Made by a program: the position numbers and the translations under genes
The notes under the pieces: generated by a model
Database searches by the model: none
Told to the model about the DNA's origin: nothing
The model's input: the letters and a program-made list of their open reading frames with translations, nothing else
In this document: piece by piece, positions 40,711 to 54,100 of the stretch
Layout of the letters: every line of letters begins with the position of its first letter
Numbering within the stretch: the first letter of the stretch is position 1
Assembly (NCBI GenBank): GCA_020536535.1
Contig: JAHLWZ010000672.1
Location: 82,758 to 146,757 of the forward strand
Length of the DNA stretch: 64,000 nt
DNA from: Pelomyxa schiedti
Lineage: Eukaryota > Protista > Evosea
Reading direction: 5' to 3'

Positions 40711-40967
40711 GCGTATTTACCCGTGTGAAAGTAACTCGTAACTCTAATGATTTGTGGAAAAAAGAGCAAAGAGCATAAAAAGAAAACAAAGTTTTTTTCT
40801 GCAATCTTTTTGCAAAAAATTTCTTTGGTGTGGTGTGCCCAAAGGATAGTATTGTGTGTTTTCAGCTAGGATCTTTCTGTGAGCAGGTTGCCGTCCTCGA
40901 CCATTTGGAATACAGTACGCAAGTGTCCCTTTTTTTAGTAGGGTTTTTGTGGGTAAGGGCATAGTGA

Positions 40968-43678
40968 TCAACGAACCTCAATCTGTGCCTTTTTTTCCAA
41001 GGGCATGCCTTTGGAGTACCAGTTGAACGTGTCTAGAATTTCACTTTTATGTTGTTGTATCTTCTGTATCTGCGGGAGTGTTGGAAACTTGCGTGGGGGG
41101 AAGGGATTTGGTGGTGGAACGAAACCAAAACTGCAAGAAGCTTGAAGTGGTCTTGTCGTGTCAATTGAGAACGTGGCTATAGTATTTGAGATTGATATGG
41201 AGTTGGTGCCTGTTACCTGGTCTTGAACTCCCATCTGGGGCTCTTGCTGTGGTGTTGTATTAAGAAAATGTGAGACAAGATTTCGATGGCCGAAGTTTTA
41301 CCAAAAGAGAATTGGTAAACTCCTGAAGGAGACTTTTAAGGTGCGGGATATAAGGTTCGGCAGCAGTTATTCCCAAATCTCCCAATTTTCTATAAAAGAG
41401 GTATGTGAGTATCTGATCCAATACTGAAGAGGTTTGTTTACATGGTTGATGATTTTAAGTTTACAATATACTGAATTACTTTGCCAACAATCTCAAGCAC
41501 CCTTCTACTGTCAGGTTCAAAATCACCTAACTTCATTATGTAATTCCATTTAAGATGATTAAGGCAAGAGGAAACTTACTTTCAATAAGGTGATAGGACT
41601 CGGGATTGCACAAAGAAGGCACTATAAAGCGTAAAAAAAATAGCGCAACAACAACTAAGCTTGGAGCGTGTCCCTTCCTTTCAACAACACATTTTACTTG
41701 ATACAAAATCAGCTTAATGTTCCTGGAATAGTTAACATAAAATTATTACGAGTTTGTCTAACATGGGGATTTTCTCGAGTGTGTGGCATACTGCGTTAAC
41801 CATCCTGAATATGAGCAAGCCTAGTCTGTTGGAGTTTTCTTGCAGATTTGAGTCTTCCCTTTTCAGAGGATGAGTATGCAGTTGATGAAAAAGAAAAGAA
41901 AATGTACATCGCCTTCTCAGGGTCCACTTCATACATATCAGAGTTTTCACCGAGCTCCTTGATAAACGGTTGAAATGTGGTTAAGAGGTAGTCATAGCCA
42001 ATCATTTTCATATAGTGTGCTATGAGTTTCGTTCCAGCAGTGCTAACACGGAAGAGGGTGTTATCTCCTTCTATTAAAGGTGAGCTGGGGATTGAAGCTG
42101 GGGGATGGGGAATAACCAGATTCCGCCGCTTCAACATCTTCAGAAAGTAGATGTACAATAAGTTCGTGAATTGTTGGACTGTTGGACAAAAGCCTCACTG
42201 TAACTACAAATGGTGTATCTTCAAATTTTAGCCCCGAAAGAATAGAAGACATCACAATAAAGCCAGGATAGGTTAAAATCTTCGAAGAATACATATTAGT
42301 GGCGTTTTTGTTTTGAGGTGCAGAAGTGTACAGATAAAAGTTCATTGAAGTATGTCTTAGCAACAGTGAAATACATATTTCTATCTTCCACTGAGAGGAA
42401 TGTGTACTGAAGCACTAAATCTCCATCTGCCTGACCAGTTGTATAGAGGGGCATTTGAAGCTTCTGTGTCCTACAGAAACTCTGAATAAAGATAAAGGCT
42501 GGCATAACTTCAATACGAACTTATATCGTTGAATATCATTCAAAGAGAGGTCGACCCAACCAATAACATCATCACTTTTGAGCACACTGTGTGACATGAC
42601 AGTGACACGTAAGGAAGGAGAGCTGTTCCTAGGAGGTACATCAAAGGAAAATTCTTCTCCCCTGTATTGGGTTATTGTCATTCACGATAACCTGACAAAC
42701 CAAGAAGGAAATTCCTTTTCGTGTGTTGTCCTAGTGCGTAGCTTTTTTTGTGATGGTATGACCTCGGGAGGAACAGATATGATACAATAGGCGCGGGGTT
42801 TCGCACCTCTGAATTGAAGGCCAATGGGTCTGTCAACTGTTGGGTGGGTGGTGGTGTTCTACATTATTATTTATCTACTGGCGATGACGACAAACTCTTC
42901 AAGGACAGCAGACCATGTGAATATGGATTTTCAAAAAGTCTTCCAACTGTGGCTAGAAGGTAATTTGGTATTAGGGAAAAAGGTGTGAGAAAGCAGTGGA
43001 AATAAACATACTAAGAAGGGAGGATGGAGTGGATGAAAGTTTTCCATCACATCTCTGATTTTCCGTAGTTATGATATGCGGGGGTGTTGCATTGCCAACT
43101 TCAGGAAGAAGATTTATAAGGTGGTCTCTATTTGAAGGGCCCAGCGGCATTGGTGCTGGACTTTGAGGTGCGGGGGGTAAGGGGATGCTTTGGGGGTCCA
43201 GAGTTGGAGAGCGTGGCGACAAAGGTGGGTGAGGAGGAAACAACGCTGGAAAAGTCTTCGGAGTGGTCTGCCCTGGTAGTGTCATAATAGGTGGTTGGGG
43301 AGCGGTACTTCTCGGGCGTAACGATTCCGAGGCAGCTCGCCTCGTCGCAATTTGTGTCTGTGCGGGAGTGGGTGATGTCGCGGCGGGTGATTTTTGTATT
43401 GCACAAGATACGAGTTGATCGGGAGGCAAAGGAGGCGGTCTGTCGGGCAGCGGTATATCGAGCGGCGGCTGTGCGGGAGTCGACCTCGCGCCTCCCGGCG
43501 GCGCCGTTTTTGTGGTCGCAATGGACGGGGAACACGCCCGCGGAGGAGGAGGCGGGGGCGACGACGGCACCGGAATGTACGGCAGTGGCAGTAGTGGTTG
43601 TATTGCCCCCAGATCCACAGGCGGTGACCAGGATCTCCTCTCCGTATCCGCATCTGCCACCCCGCCGCTGCTCCGCAT
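40968..43678 (-). CDS. RasGAP protein with Pro-rich N-terminus and C2 domain
   Basis: C2: GEEFSFDV...LRVTVMSHSVLKSDDVIGWVDLSLNDI. GAP: NTLFRVSTAGTKLIAHYMKMIGYDYL...YEVDPEK and signature FFLRFIVPSLCNPE. Confidence 0.9.
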
Positions 43679-43821
43679 CTCTTTTTTGATTTTATTCGAT
43701 TTGACAGGGGGAAAAAAGGGCGTTCAAAAAAATGGAGGGATCTTTTGTGTTCGCTTTATCTGACTTTTTCGCCGCGAATGTTTGTGGGTCCAGGCGACCT
43801 GATGAATGCTGTCTTTGTGGA

Positions 43822-45992
43822 TCAGAGCCTCATGCCTCTCTCGGTGGCCCACTGGACGTAGGGAGCGAACTCTGATTGTATAGAGGCTGCTGTGAGACCG
43901 TACATCTCGGGTGAATACCTAGGGTTGGGGGTGAGTTGATTGACTGTGTGTGGTGGTGTATTATAGGATAAGGCGAGATAGGCCAAGATAAGATAACGCA
44001 CGTGGCACGGGTGAATTTGGTTTGGGGGTTGTGCTGCATGGTATAAGTAAGTAGTCGGAGGTCAACATTTCTGCAAGGTTGTGAATGAGGGATTTCCTTC
44101 TTTTGGTTGTTGTTTAGAAAGGAGAGTTCTTACGGGGCCTGAAGGCCAAAATGGCGATAGATTTTCTGCACACATGCAATTGGATCGAGCATGAGCTGGT
44201 AAAGTAAATCAGCCATTGGTATTAGTTTTGATGGGTGTTTTCACGCAACTTCCTCGTAAGTTATATTGATGAATTTTGCTGGGTTTGTTCTGGCCTCCCA
44301 TTCCATCATAGTGTCAACAGCCTTCTTATAAAGCACCATTTGTTGTCTAAAATTCTCTATTTGAGAAAATTCCTCGGTACTCGAAAGGAAACGCAGATGT
44401 ACCTGCCAATGTACTGCCTATCGCATGACCCTGGGGCGAAGAAGTCGGACACCCAGCTTTCAACCAACCGGCACTGAGATGGTATGGCGTGAATCGGGTT
44501 CCGGTGCATAACAACGATCTGGCAATCGTCTCCAAATTCTTCCACTAGCTGGTTTATATAAAGCATGTGGAGAGGAGCTTTGAGAACCCAGTGACTATAC
44601 TCCCAAGTCCCACCCTACAAAGAGAATTGTTAACGCCAGTTTTGTTTGTGTAGGCATACTGTTTGAATCATTTGCATAAACGCTCTAAGGAACCTATAAA
44701 TGTGCCCTTTAGTTTGTGTGGTTTGAAGCCACTCAGTAAAAGCAGGCTTGGCCATGCCCATGTGCAACATGAAACAGAAGTTGTAAAACATGATACCAAT
44801 TTCCTCCTCTTAGGACGATCAGAAACGATACTTCACCACCCCCTAACCCAATGTCCTACCAATTGCAGAGGGGTGCGCAAAGTGTGATTGTGCAATTCTG
44901 GAAAAATACCCAGGGAAAAATTTCTGGAAGATAGTTGGAGAGGAAAGGGGAAAGTTTAGCTAACCTCCAGTTCTGCACAGTTATTGCTGACCTGAATTTA
45001 CCAAATTAGTCAACTGCTTGGAAGAGATGTATTTACTTCATTTATGCGAGGATCAGAGGCCAACTGCTGGGGGGTAGTGACAACTTTGGTTGGGTCACTC
45101 ATGTCTGGGGTAAAAAGAAGCTAAGTAATTAAATGGTAGTTGTAAGAAGATACATGTCATTTCAAAGAATCGGAGGGCACGAGCATCGGGATTGGAGCCC
45201 ATAAGACTTAAAGAATAAGAACCAAAAGGAAAATTAAGAGTGATTTACTAGTGAAGAAGTGTCATCCCACTTCTTGGTAACCCAGTAATAAACACGGGAT
45301 GTTTTGGTTTTACAGCAGTAATCTCAGGATGCGATCCGATAAACTTGATCACCTAAAAACAAAGCACGGTCAGAAATTGGTGGCTCCAAAAGATTTCACC
45401 TTCATTCTTGCGGTAAGGAGTTGAACCAACCAGGTGTTTGTAACTTGAACACCGGAGGGACACAGTTTATCCTCCATTATATTTACGAGAAAATTGCGAA
45501 CACCAGTAAGAAAATCGGCCTGGTCGCCAAGGAAATAAGCTTCAGGGCATCCAACAGTAGCCTCAGCCATCTTCGTTTTCATTGTTAAAGAAGTTGTGAT
45601 CGATTGAAATTATTGAACGCATGAGGCTTGAAGAAAAGAAGAAAGAGGGGCAGAAAAAGAAGGTCCAGGAGAAGGGGAAGGGGGGAGGGAAAAACCTGCA
45701 TAATTGGGACCCTAGCAACGCCAGGGTTAGTTCGGCCATGTTCCTGCAGTTGTTTGTCCAACTCTGCAGCAACAGCAGCGGCGCTAGGCGACCAAGCAGA
45801 GGGCTCGAACGTGAAAGATAATGCAGGAGGAGCGACACCCCATTTCGCCAACAGAGCAACAACTTCGGACGCGAATGCGGCAACGCTAGCGGAGCCATTT
45901 TGCGTCACTCTCGCAAACGGGTCAGATCCAGCACCGTTTGCCGAAACATCGACAGAGATCTTGACCAGCGGGAACGTCTGTTGTTGCGACAT
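43822..45992 (-). CDS. PAPS-dependent sulfotransferase (Sulfotransfer_3/Stf-type) with ~100-aa N-terminal extension
   Basis: 5'-PSB loop PVFITGLPRSGMTLLH, then WVLKAPLHMLYINQL, IVVMHRNPIHAIPSQCRL and C-terminal YSPEMYGLTAASIQSEFAPY. The upstream exon MSQQQTF...PIMQ splices to MAEATV. Confidence 0.85.
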
Positions 45993-46336
45993 TGCGTGGG
46001 CGACTTTGTTTTTTTTCTTTGTTTTCGTGTGGATTTTCGCGAAAGCAAAACCGCACAATGCGATCTCTAAGATTGCCTCTGAGAGACAATTGCGGTACCG
46101 TTTGGTCCACCTCCCTCGAATCGCACAAAGAAACTTCGTGAGAAAGCGACCTTCCTGATGTGGCAGGAGCGACGTGTGCCCCCGGAGGTCCCAAAGATCA
46201 AAATTAAAAGCAATTGCTTATTCCCTGTTGTTAAAAATACCAATTAGAATCGGATTTAACGGTCGTCTCGTACAACCCTTTTTTTAAAAAAAAAACCCAC
46301 ACAAGCCGAAGCCGATCTCCAACTTCGACAAGCGAG

Positions 46337-47885
46337 ATGTTGCGCAAAATTCTTATCGCTGCGCTTTTTGTTGCGTTGGTTGTTGCCCAGGAGTCGTCAT
46401 CTCACTCATTATCTTCCTCCTTGTCAAACTCGGTTTCCTTGTCCTCGTCCACCTCCACCTCCACCTCCACGTCCGTTTCCGATTCCTTGTCTTCGTCCGC
46501 GTCAAAATCAACCTCAACATCAACATCTACGTCTGTGTCTAACTCCGTTTCCGACTCCCTGTCACAGTCCCTGTCCACGTCTAAGTCTACGTCAACGTCG
46601 AACTCGCTTTCCGAGTCCAACTCGGTTTCCGACTCGCTCTCTACTTCTACTTCTACTTCCACTTCTACCTCGATGTCGATGTCTACTTCTGAGTCTGACT
46701 CAGTCTCTCAATCGATGTCTACTTCCGACTCTGTTTCAGAGTCCAATTCCTTGGGAGCGGAAGGAGAAGCCTGTTCTATTATGAACCTCCTCGACGTCCG
46801 TATGTTCCTACTTCGTAGTCTTTGCTGTCTTTTAACCTACTTTCACAGCCTGGAGCCTTGCCAATAACAATTTTGTGGACAAGTTCAAAACTGATGTTTC
46901 CGGTGCTTTGGCAGTCCCTTACAACAACGTCGTCGTTATCTACGTAGGAGAATTAACATCAACATCTGACTCTGCTGTCCCTGAGCCCGAGGCGCGTGCC
47001 GTTCTACGTGTGGATTCGTCCATCTCCGCATCTCTTTCTTCACAGTCCTCATCCATATCCACCTCCAGTTCTGTCTCCGCCTCCAGTTCTGTCTCCACCT
47101 CCACCTCCACCTCCAGTTCTGTCTCCAACTCCATCTCTACCTCCGTATCCGACTCCGTCTCTAACTCAGTGTCCAACTCTGTCTCTAACTCCGTATCCAA
47201 CTCTGTCTCCGACTCGGACTCTGTCTCCAACTCTGTCTCCAACTCTGAATCCGACTCTGAATCCAACTCTGTATCCGACTCTGAATCCAACTCTGTTTCC
47301 AACTCTGTCTCCACTTCTGTGTCGACATCCGTCTCAGAGTCCGACTCTGTTTCTACATCATCTTCAGTACCGGAGACCTACATTTCCCTCACCGTCTTCT
47401 ACTACGTCGACGTCGAGGGCACCACCTATCCCAACACCGCAGCCATTGTTGACGAAATTGCGGATCAGGCCTCTACCCCAGGCAGCCCCCTGCTCTCCGG
47501 AACTGTGACAATCTACGCCGACCCCGACTCCATCACCGAGTGGGACTGCTTTGCCTCTTACTCCAGCAGCTCAGGAGCCACCGAGGAATCCGTGTCTAAG
47601 TCTACCTCCGTCTCCCACTCTACTTCCACATCGACCTCGCTCCCCGCTACCTCTACATCTGAATCAACATCCGAGAGCGAATCCGAATTGGAGTCAACAT
47701 CAACGTCGATGTCCGAATCCGAGAGCGAATCCGAGTCCGAGAGCGAATCGGAGGAAGAGTCTGAATCCGAGTCAGAAGAGGAATCTTCATTCACCCACAG
47801 CTCGTCCTCTTCTGGAGCCAGCAGCATGGTGCCAGCTCTCGTCGCGGTGTTTGGCGGTCTTGCTGCTCTCTTGGCTGTGTTCTAA
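46337..47885 (+). CDS. Ser/Thr-rich secreted surface protein, probably GPI-anchored (mucin-like)
   Basis: Signal peptide MLRKILIAALFVALVVA. Long (ST)n/SNSV/SE repeats. C-terminus SGASSMVPALVAVFGGLAALLAVF* is typical of a GPI signal. Confidence 0.85.
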
Positions 47886-48094
47886 TCAAGGGCTTCAAAA
47901 AGCGTTTGATTAATAAATGTTACTTTTTTTTTCTACCGTTTTGCTCCCAGGCTTTTCTTCTCCACAGAACAGTAACGTGCAATTTCTTGTTGTTGCACAA
48001 CTTTTTTTTCTCCAAAAATCGGTTCTCCTTCCAAGGGTGATGAACAACAAGGCCCCCCTATGTTTGTACAAATAACCGCCACACGCTGTTACAA

Positions 48095-51007
48095 ATGTAC
48101 GTAGTAGGTGTAGCCGCGTGCGTCTGCATTATGGGAGCAGTCCTTGGCCTCCTGTCGTTGTTTGGCCCCACGTCGGCCCTCAGGGGAGACGACTTGTTGT
48201 TGCAGGTTGGAACTGTTCCTTCCTCCCACTCTCCTATTTGTATTTCCCACAAGTGCTACTGTACCACTGGCCACTTTTCTGAGACATATATACAAAAAAA
48301 AAAAAAAAAACCAAGGCTTTGGATGCTGCCTATGTGGAACTTCGTGCTGAGGGACTGTGGCATGAGTATGGAGATCAGTACTCACAGGTGATTCCTCTTT
48401 TGAAAGTTCATTTTGGGTTTCACAACTTTCTTTTTGTTGGAGACAGGATTGTGAGGCTATTCCGTCTTCATTTCCTTACCCAGATCCTGCTCAAGATGGC
48501 CCTGCAATATTGTGGGACAATTCCACACAACAGTACGTGGAAAAATATGGCACACTGGCCACAATTTTAAATGAGGGCGTTGTCCGAGTTGGGACATATG
48601 AAAATGTGTATATAGTCCCAGCGTTAATTGACCGGTAGCCACTCTTATGTTATTAATATCGGCTCACTTCCTTACTCTGTAGGATTGCTCAACATTACCA
48701 CACACCCATCACAGTACAGCAAGTTAACGGTGATCCGTTTGATTTACTTGACAGTGGGGCTGTCGATAGTAAGTCAACTTTCTTATTTTTGTTTTTCAAC
48801 AAAAAACAAGTGACTGATGGTAACATGGCTGTGTCTGGTATGCATGGTGACACCCGGCGGTCAGAAAAATGGCAGCCTGGCTGTGATATTTATATTTCCT
48901 ACTTCTACTTGATGGCAACCAAAGTTGGACCTCAATTCGCAGACTACAAATCTTTTGTTACATACATACATGAAAAGTTAATGATGTGCGAGCCAGTTAT
49001 GGTTTGTACCTTTACGCGCTGCCCTTTCTTCATAACTTACCCAGGGTTGTGCCCAACTTCCTATTCTTGGGCAAGTTCTGACTGTTACATTTCCTGGTAT
49101 TGGTCTTCAAGAGTTTTCTCCATCGTGTTTTGACTATATGAATTCAACCACTGATTTTGTTATTACATTTGGTGATATTGAGACGGCTGTATGCTTCCTA
49201 TAATAACAGACATTAGCAAACACAATACATACAGGCAATATGGTCCAATACTTATGCATATAAATCCGATATTGTGGCTCCTGGTTCTTATTTCCTTCGA
49301 CGAGAGGTTCCACAGTCTCGGAAGGTATGTTTTTCCTTTCTTAATGTTTGGTCTTTACATAAGCAAGGTAAACCAATCATACATCCCTAAAGATTGGGAG
49401 ATTGGAAATGAGCAACTTGCCCAATTATTCGAGGCCGGTTTGATGGATGTAGTGTTATCTGGTTATAGATCAGCACTTTTTTCTTATTGGAAGATACCAT
49501 GGTTTTCTTTCACTGTATGGTACAATACCTAGACCTTCTTTTTCTCAAAGTCTGTCTTTAAGGACTGTCTCCCACAAGCCGGTTTTGATATCGATTCTTT
49601 AAAAGGTAATCATGATTACTTTCTCCGACTAACATCAGAAAGATTATACCGGAGTTGCAAAAAGGGTATTGGATACATCCAGAATACGAGTTGGTGTTCT
49701 AAGCTGGGATGCACTTCCCATGATCAATACAACAGATCCTAAAAGTGCACGAGGACTTTTGCCTGCAATGGAGAAATACATCTTCAGTTGGTACCATTTA
49801 TCTTTCAAGTTAAAATCACCAATCATACTTGACAAGGCTCGCGAATCAGTTCACATTGCCTGGGATTCAAATCGAATATGTGGTTTACCCATCGTCGGAC
49901 CTTGTCTTCCAAGCTCTGGAAAGGGGCGAGATAGACTGTAAATTTGCCAGCCTTTACTTTCCACTTATCTTTTCAGGTACTTCAATGTATTTTACAACTG
50001 GTACGAGTGTAATTCTTTCTGATGGAGCGCCCCATATTGTCAACAAAGGTTGCATGCCCTCGTTGTTTCCTTTTTTTTGATACCTAAAAAAAGCTTTCCG
50101 GGCTTCATGTTCTACCCTGGGCATAATGCAGGATTTTGTTGTTGAAACGAATAGCGGAATTAATAGCGTTGATGAATTAGTGGAGTTTCTAACTGCCCAT
50201 CCACATAAACAAGTGTGTTAATCTCCACTCCTAGTTGAAGTAAATTGCCCTCCAGATTGGACTTCAATCCCAAGATATGCTCAATCTTCTTACAAGTTGG
50301 ACCTTGAAAAGTGTTGATTTCACGCCAATTTATGGGACCGTTTCGGAATTATTTGATCAACTTTTTTCTCCTTCTGCAGATGTTCCAGCATTGTTACTTA
50401 CCCTTCCATATGAGGTGTGTTAGTACCATATTTTTATGTGTACCTAGTTGTTCTAGGTCCCCGATATATATTTGAACCGATACACTCATTTTGATAGTGA
50501 ACTGCTTGTTCCGAATAGTGCCTTCTTCCGTTTTGACAAAACCTATCGTATCTTTGGCTCCAAGCCTAACTTTCACTTATATGCCATTCAGCATGCGGAG
50601 ATTATGAATATGAACCGGAGCTAGGTGAAGAATGTGAACGTACAATGAAAGGCTGTGCAGATAACTGCTACTGTGTAAGTGGTTACAAAGCGGCACCAGA
50701 TAGCCCAGTTTGTGAAAGTGACGGTTAGTGCCACTTACTTGTCTTCTTTTGCTAGACAATTTCTAACAATTCCCTTGCACCAAAACAAAAAACCACAGAG
50801 TCCCTGCTATCTACCACTGCCATTCTTGGATTGGTTTTTGGAGGCGTAGCCCTAATACTGATTGTCGCGGGTGTTGCTGGCTTCATTCTAGTTTTTCCCC
50901 AATGCCGCAAGAAATGGATGCTGGAAGGAGCCCAGAGAGCAAGACACTCGCAAATGTATGCCCGGCGTAGCTCTGGGGTGTCAATGGCTCCTTTGGTTGA
51001 CAGTTGA
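48095..51007 (+). CDS. Single-pass membrane receptor-like protein with solute-binding (PBP type 2, family 3-like) ectodomain segments, Cys-rich stalk, TM and short tail
   Basis: Signal peptide, then ALDAAYVELRAEG, TLATILNEGVVRVGT, RIRVGVLSWDALPM and VFQALERGEIDC. Stalk CGDYEYEPELGEECERTMKGCADNCYC. TM ILGLVFGGVALILIVAGVAGFILVF. Ends APLVDS*. Confidence 0.65.
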
Positions 51008-51112
51008 AGAGAATTATCTTACCATTCCCTCAGTGAGCTGTGGGAACACCAAGAAATCAGTTTTGTGATAATAAATAAATGAAGTAGTATCTTTTTTTTT
51101 TTTTTTGTCTTT

Positions 51113-54100
51113 TCAAGACTTATTATCAAATATAACATAGTTTTCTGGAAATAAACCGGTTTGGCCATTACATCTACCCAAGCACCTGGCAGTGGGTTGG
51201 TTGTTAAAGGAGGTGCGGGAATAGAAGTACCATTCATCTGGAAATCTTTCCAATATCTCTATCACATCACCGGTATGGAAAGCCAAGTCACCTTTATTCT
51301 CTGCCACACAGTCATACCGAGCCACACACGTGATTGGCTTTTTCTCAGTTGCTGGTGGTGATTTCGCGGTGGTGCTGTTGGTTGTGTTGGGTGATATAAG
51401 GGGTGGCGGGGCTGTTGGTAATGGCGAACTTGTGGGAGCCGACGCACTGCAGGGTCCTGCATTTAACTGGCATTTGTTGTGCACAATGGCTTCACAGTTC
51501 TTGCACTCCAATCCTTGAACTGTGAACCTAAGAGGGCGCACTTAAAATGAGAATCCGCTGAGGCTAGGATAAGATACCCAGAAAGGAATGCATCACAAAC
51601 ACTGCACCAGTATGGTCCAACGAAAAACCTTTTCTGCCAGTTGTGTCCAGTACCCACAGAGCTAGTATTTAGGAATCTTGTAACATTCTTAAGCCAACGA
51701 AGGGCTTGGGGAAGGGTGTCAATGTCGGGGCTGTTGGGTTGTGCATATCTATAGAATGATTATTGTGAGCAATTATGAGGTAAAATAAAATACTTTAACA
51801 AATCACGAATCATGAGCTCGTAGCGAGGTAAACGCTGAATAATTGTAATCAAGAGGCTGTCGAATAGCAGTCTCCCCCTCCCCATGGTTGGGTGAGTGAG
51901 GTTATCGACATACTTCTTGAAAATTTTGTTTTCCTCATAGTAAACACCAACTGCTAGCTGTATATTTGAAAAGCGAGTGACAAAGGGTTCATAGAACTAC
52001 GAAAAAATGAGGCGTTTCTCATAAAATCACGCAGGCGGTACTGTAAGGAAGTTTGGATTGCCAACATATGAACAAAGCAAATCTCCGATGTTCGAGCGAG
52101 CAGTCCAATTTTGCACAACCTGTACAAAAGTGCACAAGAAATATAAGTAATCAAAGAAATGTATTTATCAGTAAACATAAACGAAACTGGTGTAAGGTTG
52201 GCCAGAAAATTCGTTTGTAATGCACAAATATTGTCTACGTTGGGAAACATTGTATCCTAGTTACAGTTACTTGATGAAATCGCTTGAGGGGCACACAATT
52301 TCATCAGTGCTAAGTATTTTCTGAGCTTCCAAAGGTGCTTTGATTCGTACCATCTCCTGAAGATTCGCCACAAAAGTTTTTTCTGTAGAAAGAAGTTCCT
52401 TGACAACATTCCGTCTTCCAGTTGATTGTGCAATGAGGCGCAGAACAAAATCTATGAATCTTCTCCTGCGGTATGCACGTTGTATCCGAACCTGTAAGGC
52501 ACGTCACAGGAGTGAGGGAAGGTAAAACTTACTGCAGCTTCCTCCAAGGTGAGAGGCTTCTTAATAGCAGCAGGTGCAGGTGCTATAGACCCAGGTGTCT
52601 TTGGAAGTGGACGGGCCTCTGTCCAATAAAAATAAAAAGGAACCAGTTACTAGATTGAATTGCATGTGTAAAACAGGTACTTGAACATCTTTGAAGTGAG
52701 GTTACTGCAGCAACAGCGCTAGCAGCAACAGCAGTTGCTGATGCAGGTCGAGACGTTACCACCTTGGGTGCTGCAGATCCGCGACCTGCAGGCGTTGTTC
52801 TAGGATCGGGACTGGGACTGGCCTCTCTGGTTGCTCTCACAGGAGTGAGGCTTCTGGAATTGGGAGGAATTGAAGGATTGGGTAGTGTTTGCACACTTTT
52901 GGGGGTAGAAATAGGCTCTGTAGTGGAAGTCTTAGAGGGTGTTGTCTCTTTAAGAACAGGTGCAGATATTTCGAAACTACTTGAACTGCTGGTTGCACTT
53001 GATTGAGATAATTGAGCAGAAGTTGTAGCCACCCCAGAAGTACTTCCCTTAGAACTATCACTGGTACTACTTTTATACGTGGAACTGAGACTGGCCACAA
53101 TAGAAGGGAAAATAGAGCTAAGAGGATTGATAAGAGAAGCTCTTTTTGAGGGACTCTCTTGTACCACTGGAGACTGTTTCGGGGGTTGTTGTGTGACCTG
53201 TGTTTGAGATGACGTTGCCTGTGGTGGTGCTAAAGAGGTCCCATGTGCCTCGGTTGGCTGTACAACAGAAGGTGGCGCTTTTACGTTTGATGCAGAAGCG
53301 GCAAGTGGACTGGGTGAAGTATTTCTGTTAGGTTCTGGTGACGCGTTACGAGAAGCAACCTTTTGGTCATTATGTGGTGTCAGATAAGGTGGTGTCAACA
53401 AGGGGTGGGGTACAGTGTTTGGGGGAGGTGAAGTGTGAGGTACAGTATTGGGGGCAAGTGGAGTGTGGGGAACAGCATTTGGTGGTGTGATGGTTGACTG
53501 AGGATATGGAGTTTTGGTAGGCAACACCTGGGGATTGGAAGTTGGATATGTGAATGAAGAGCTTTTTGGAATTGTAGGGTAAGCCAGTGCACTTGGAGAA
53601 GGTTGGCTTGTTTGTTGTGTGTTTGGGTAATAATTAGGATGTTGAGTGGGGTAGCTTTGGTTAGCATAGCCCTGAGGAGAACTGACGTAACCAGAGTGCT
53701 GTTGTGTAGTATAGCTTGGCTGTGTTTGCACAGGTTGGTGAGAGCTGTACTGTTGTTGCAGTTGGAACTGAAAGTTCTGTTGTTGCTGTGGCGTTTGCAC
53801 TTGAAAGTTCTGTTGTGGCTGTGTCTGGACTGATTGCTGAAAATGTTGAGGTTGAAAACTTTGGGTTTGTTGGGGAGTTGCAGCCACATTATATGTTTGA
53901 TATGTATGCACTTGTTGGGGAGCATAGTTCTGCTGAGCAGATACATTCACATTCACAGTCCCAGTCCCAGTCCCAGTCCCAGTGCCAGTGCCAGTCCCAT
54001 AACTGCCATACCCGAAACCACTGCCAGTAGAAGAAGCCAAATTCGTATTGCGGGATGCAACGCCACTGCCCTGGAGCCCCCCCAGAGAATACGGACCCAC

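Noticed and set aside
36103-43678. RasGEF-PatA-RasGAP as a functional cluster
   Set aside because: Ras regulators are very abundant in amoebozoan genomes and no sequence feature links them to the aminotransferase.
45186-45200. cgggattggagc as the missing 3' half of the tRNA-Phe fragment
   Set aside because: No T-loop (GTTCGA) lies upstream, and the segment is the antisense of a sulfotransferase coding exon.
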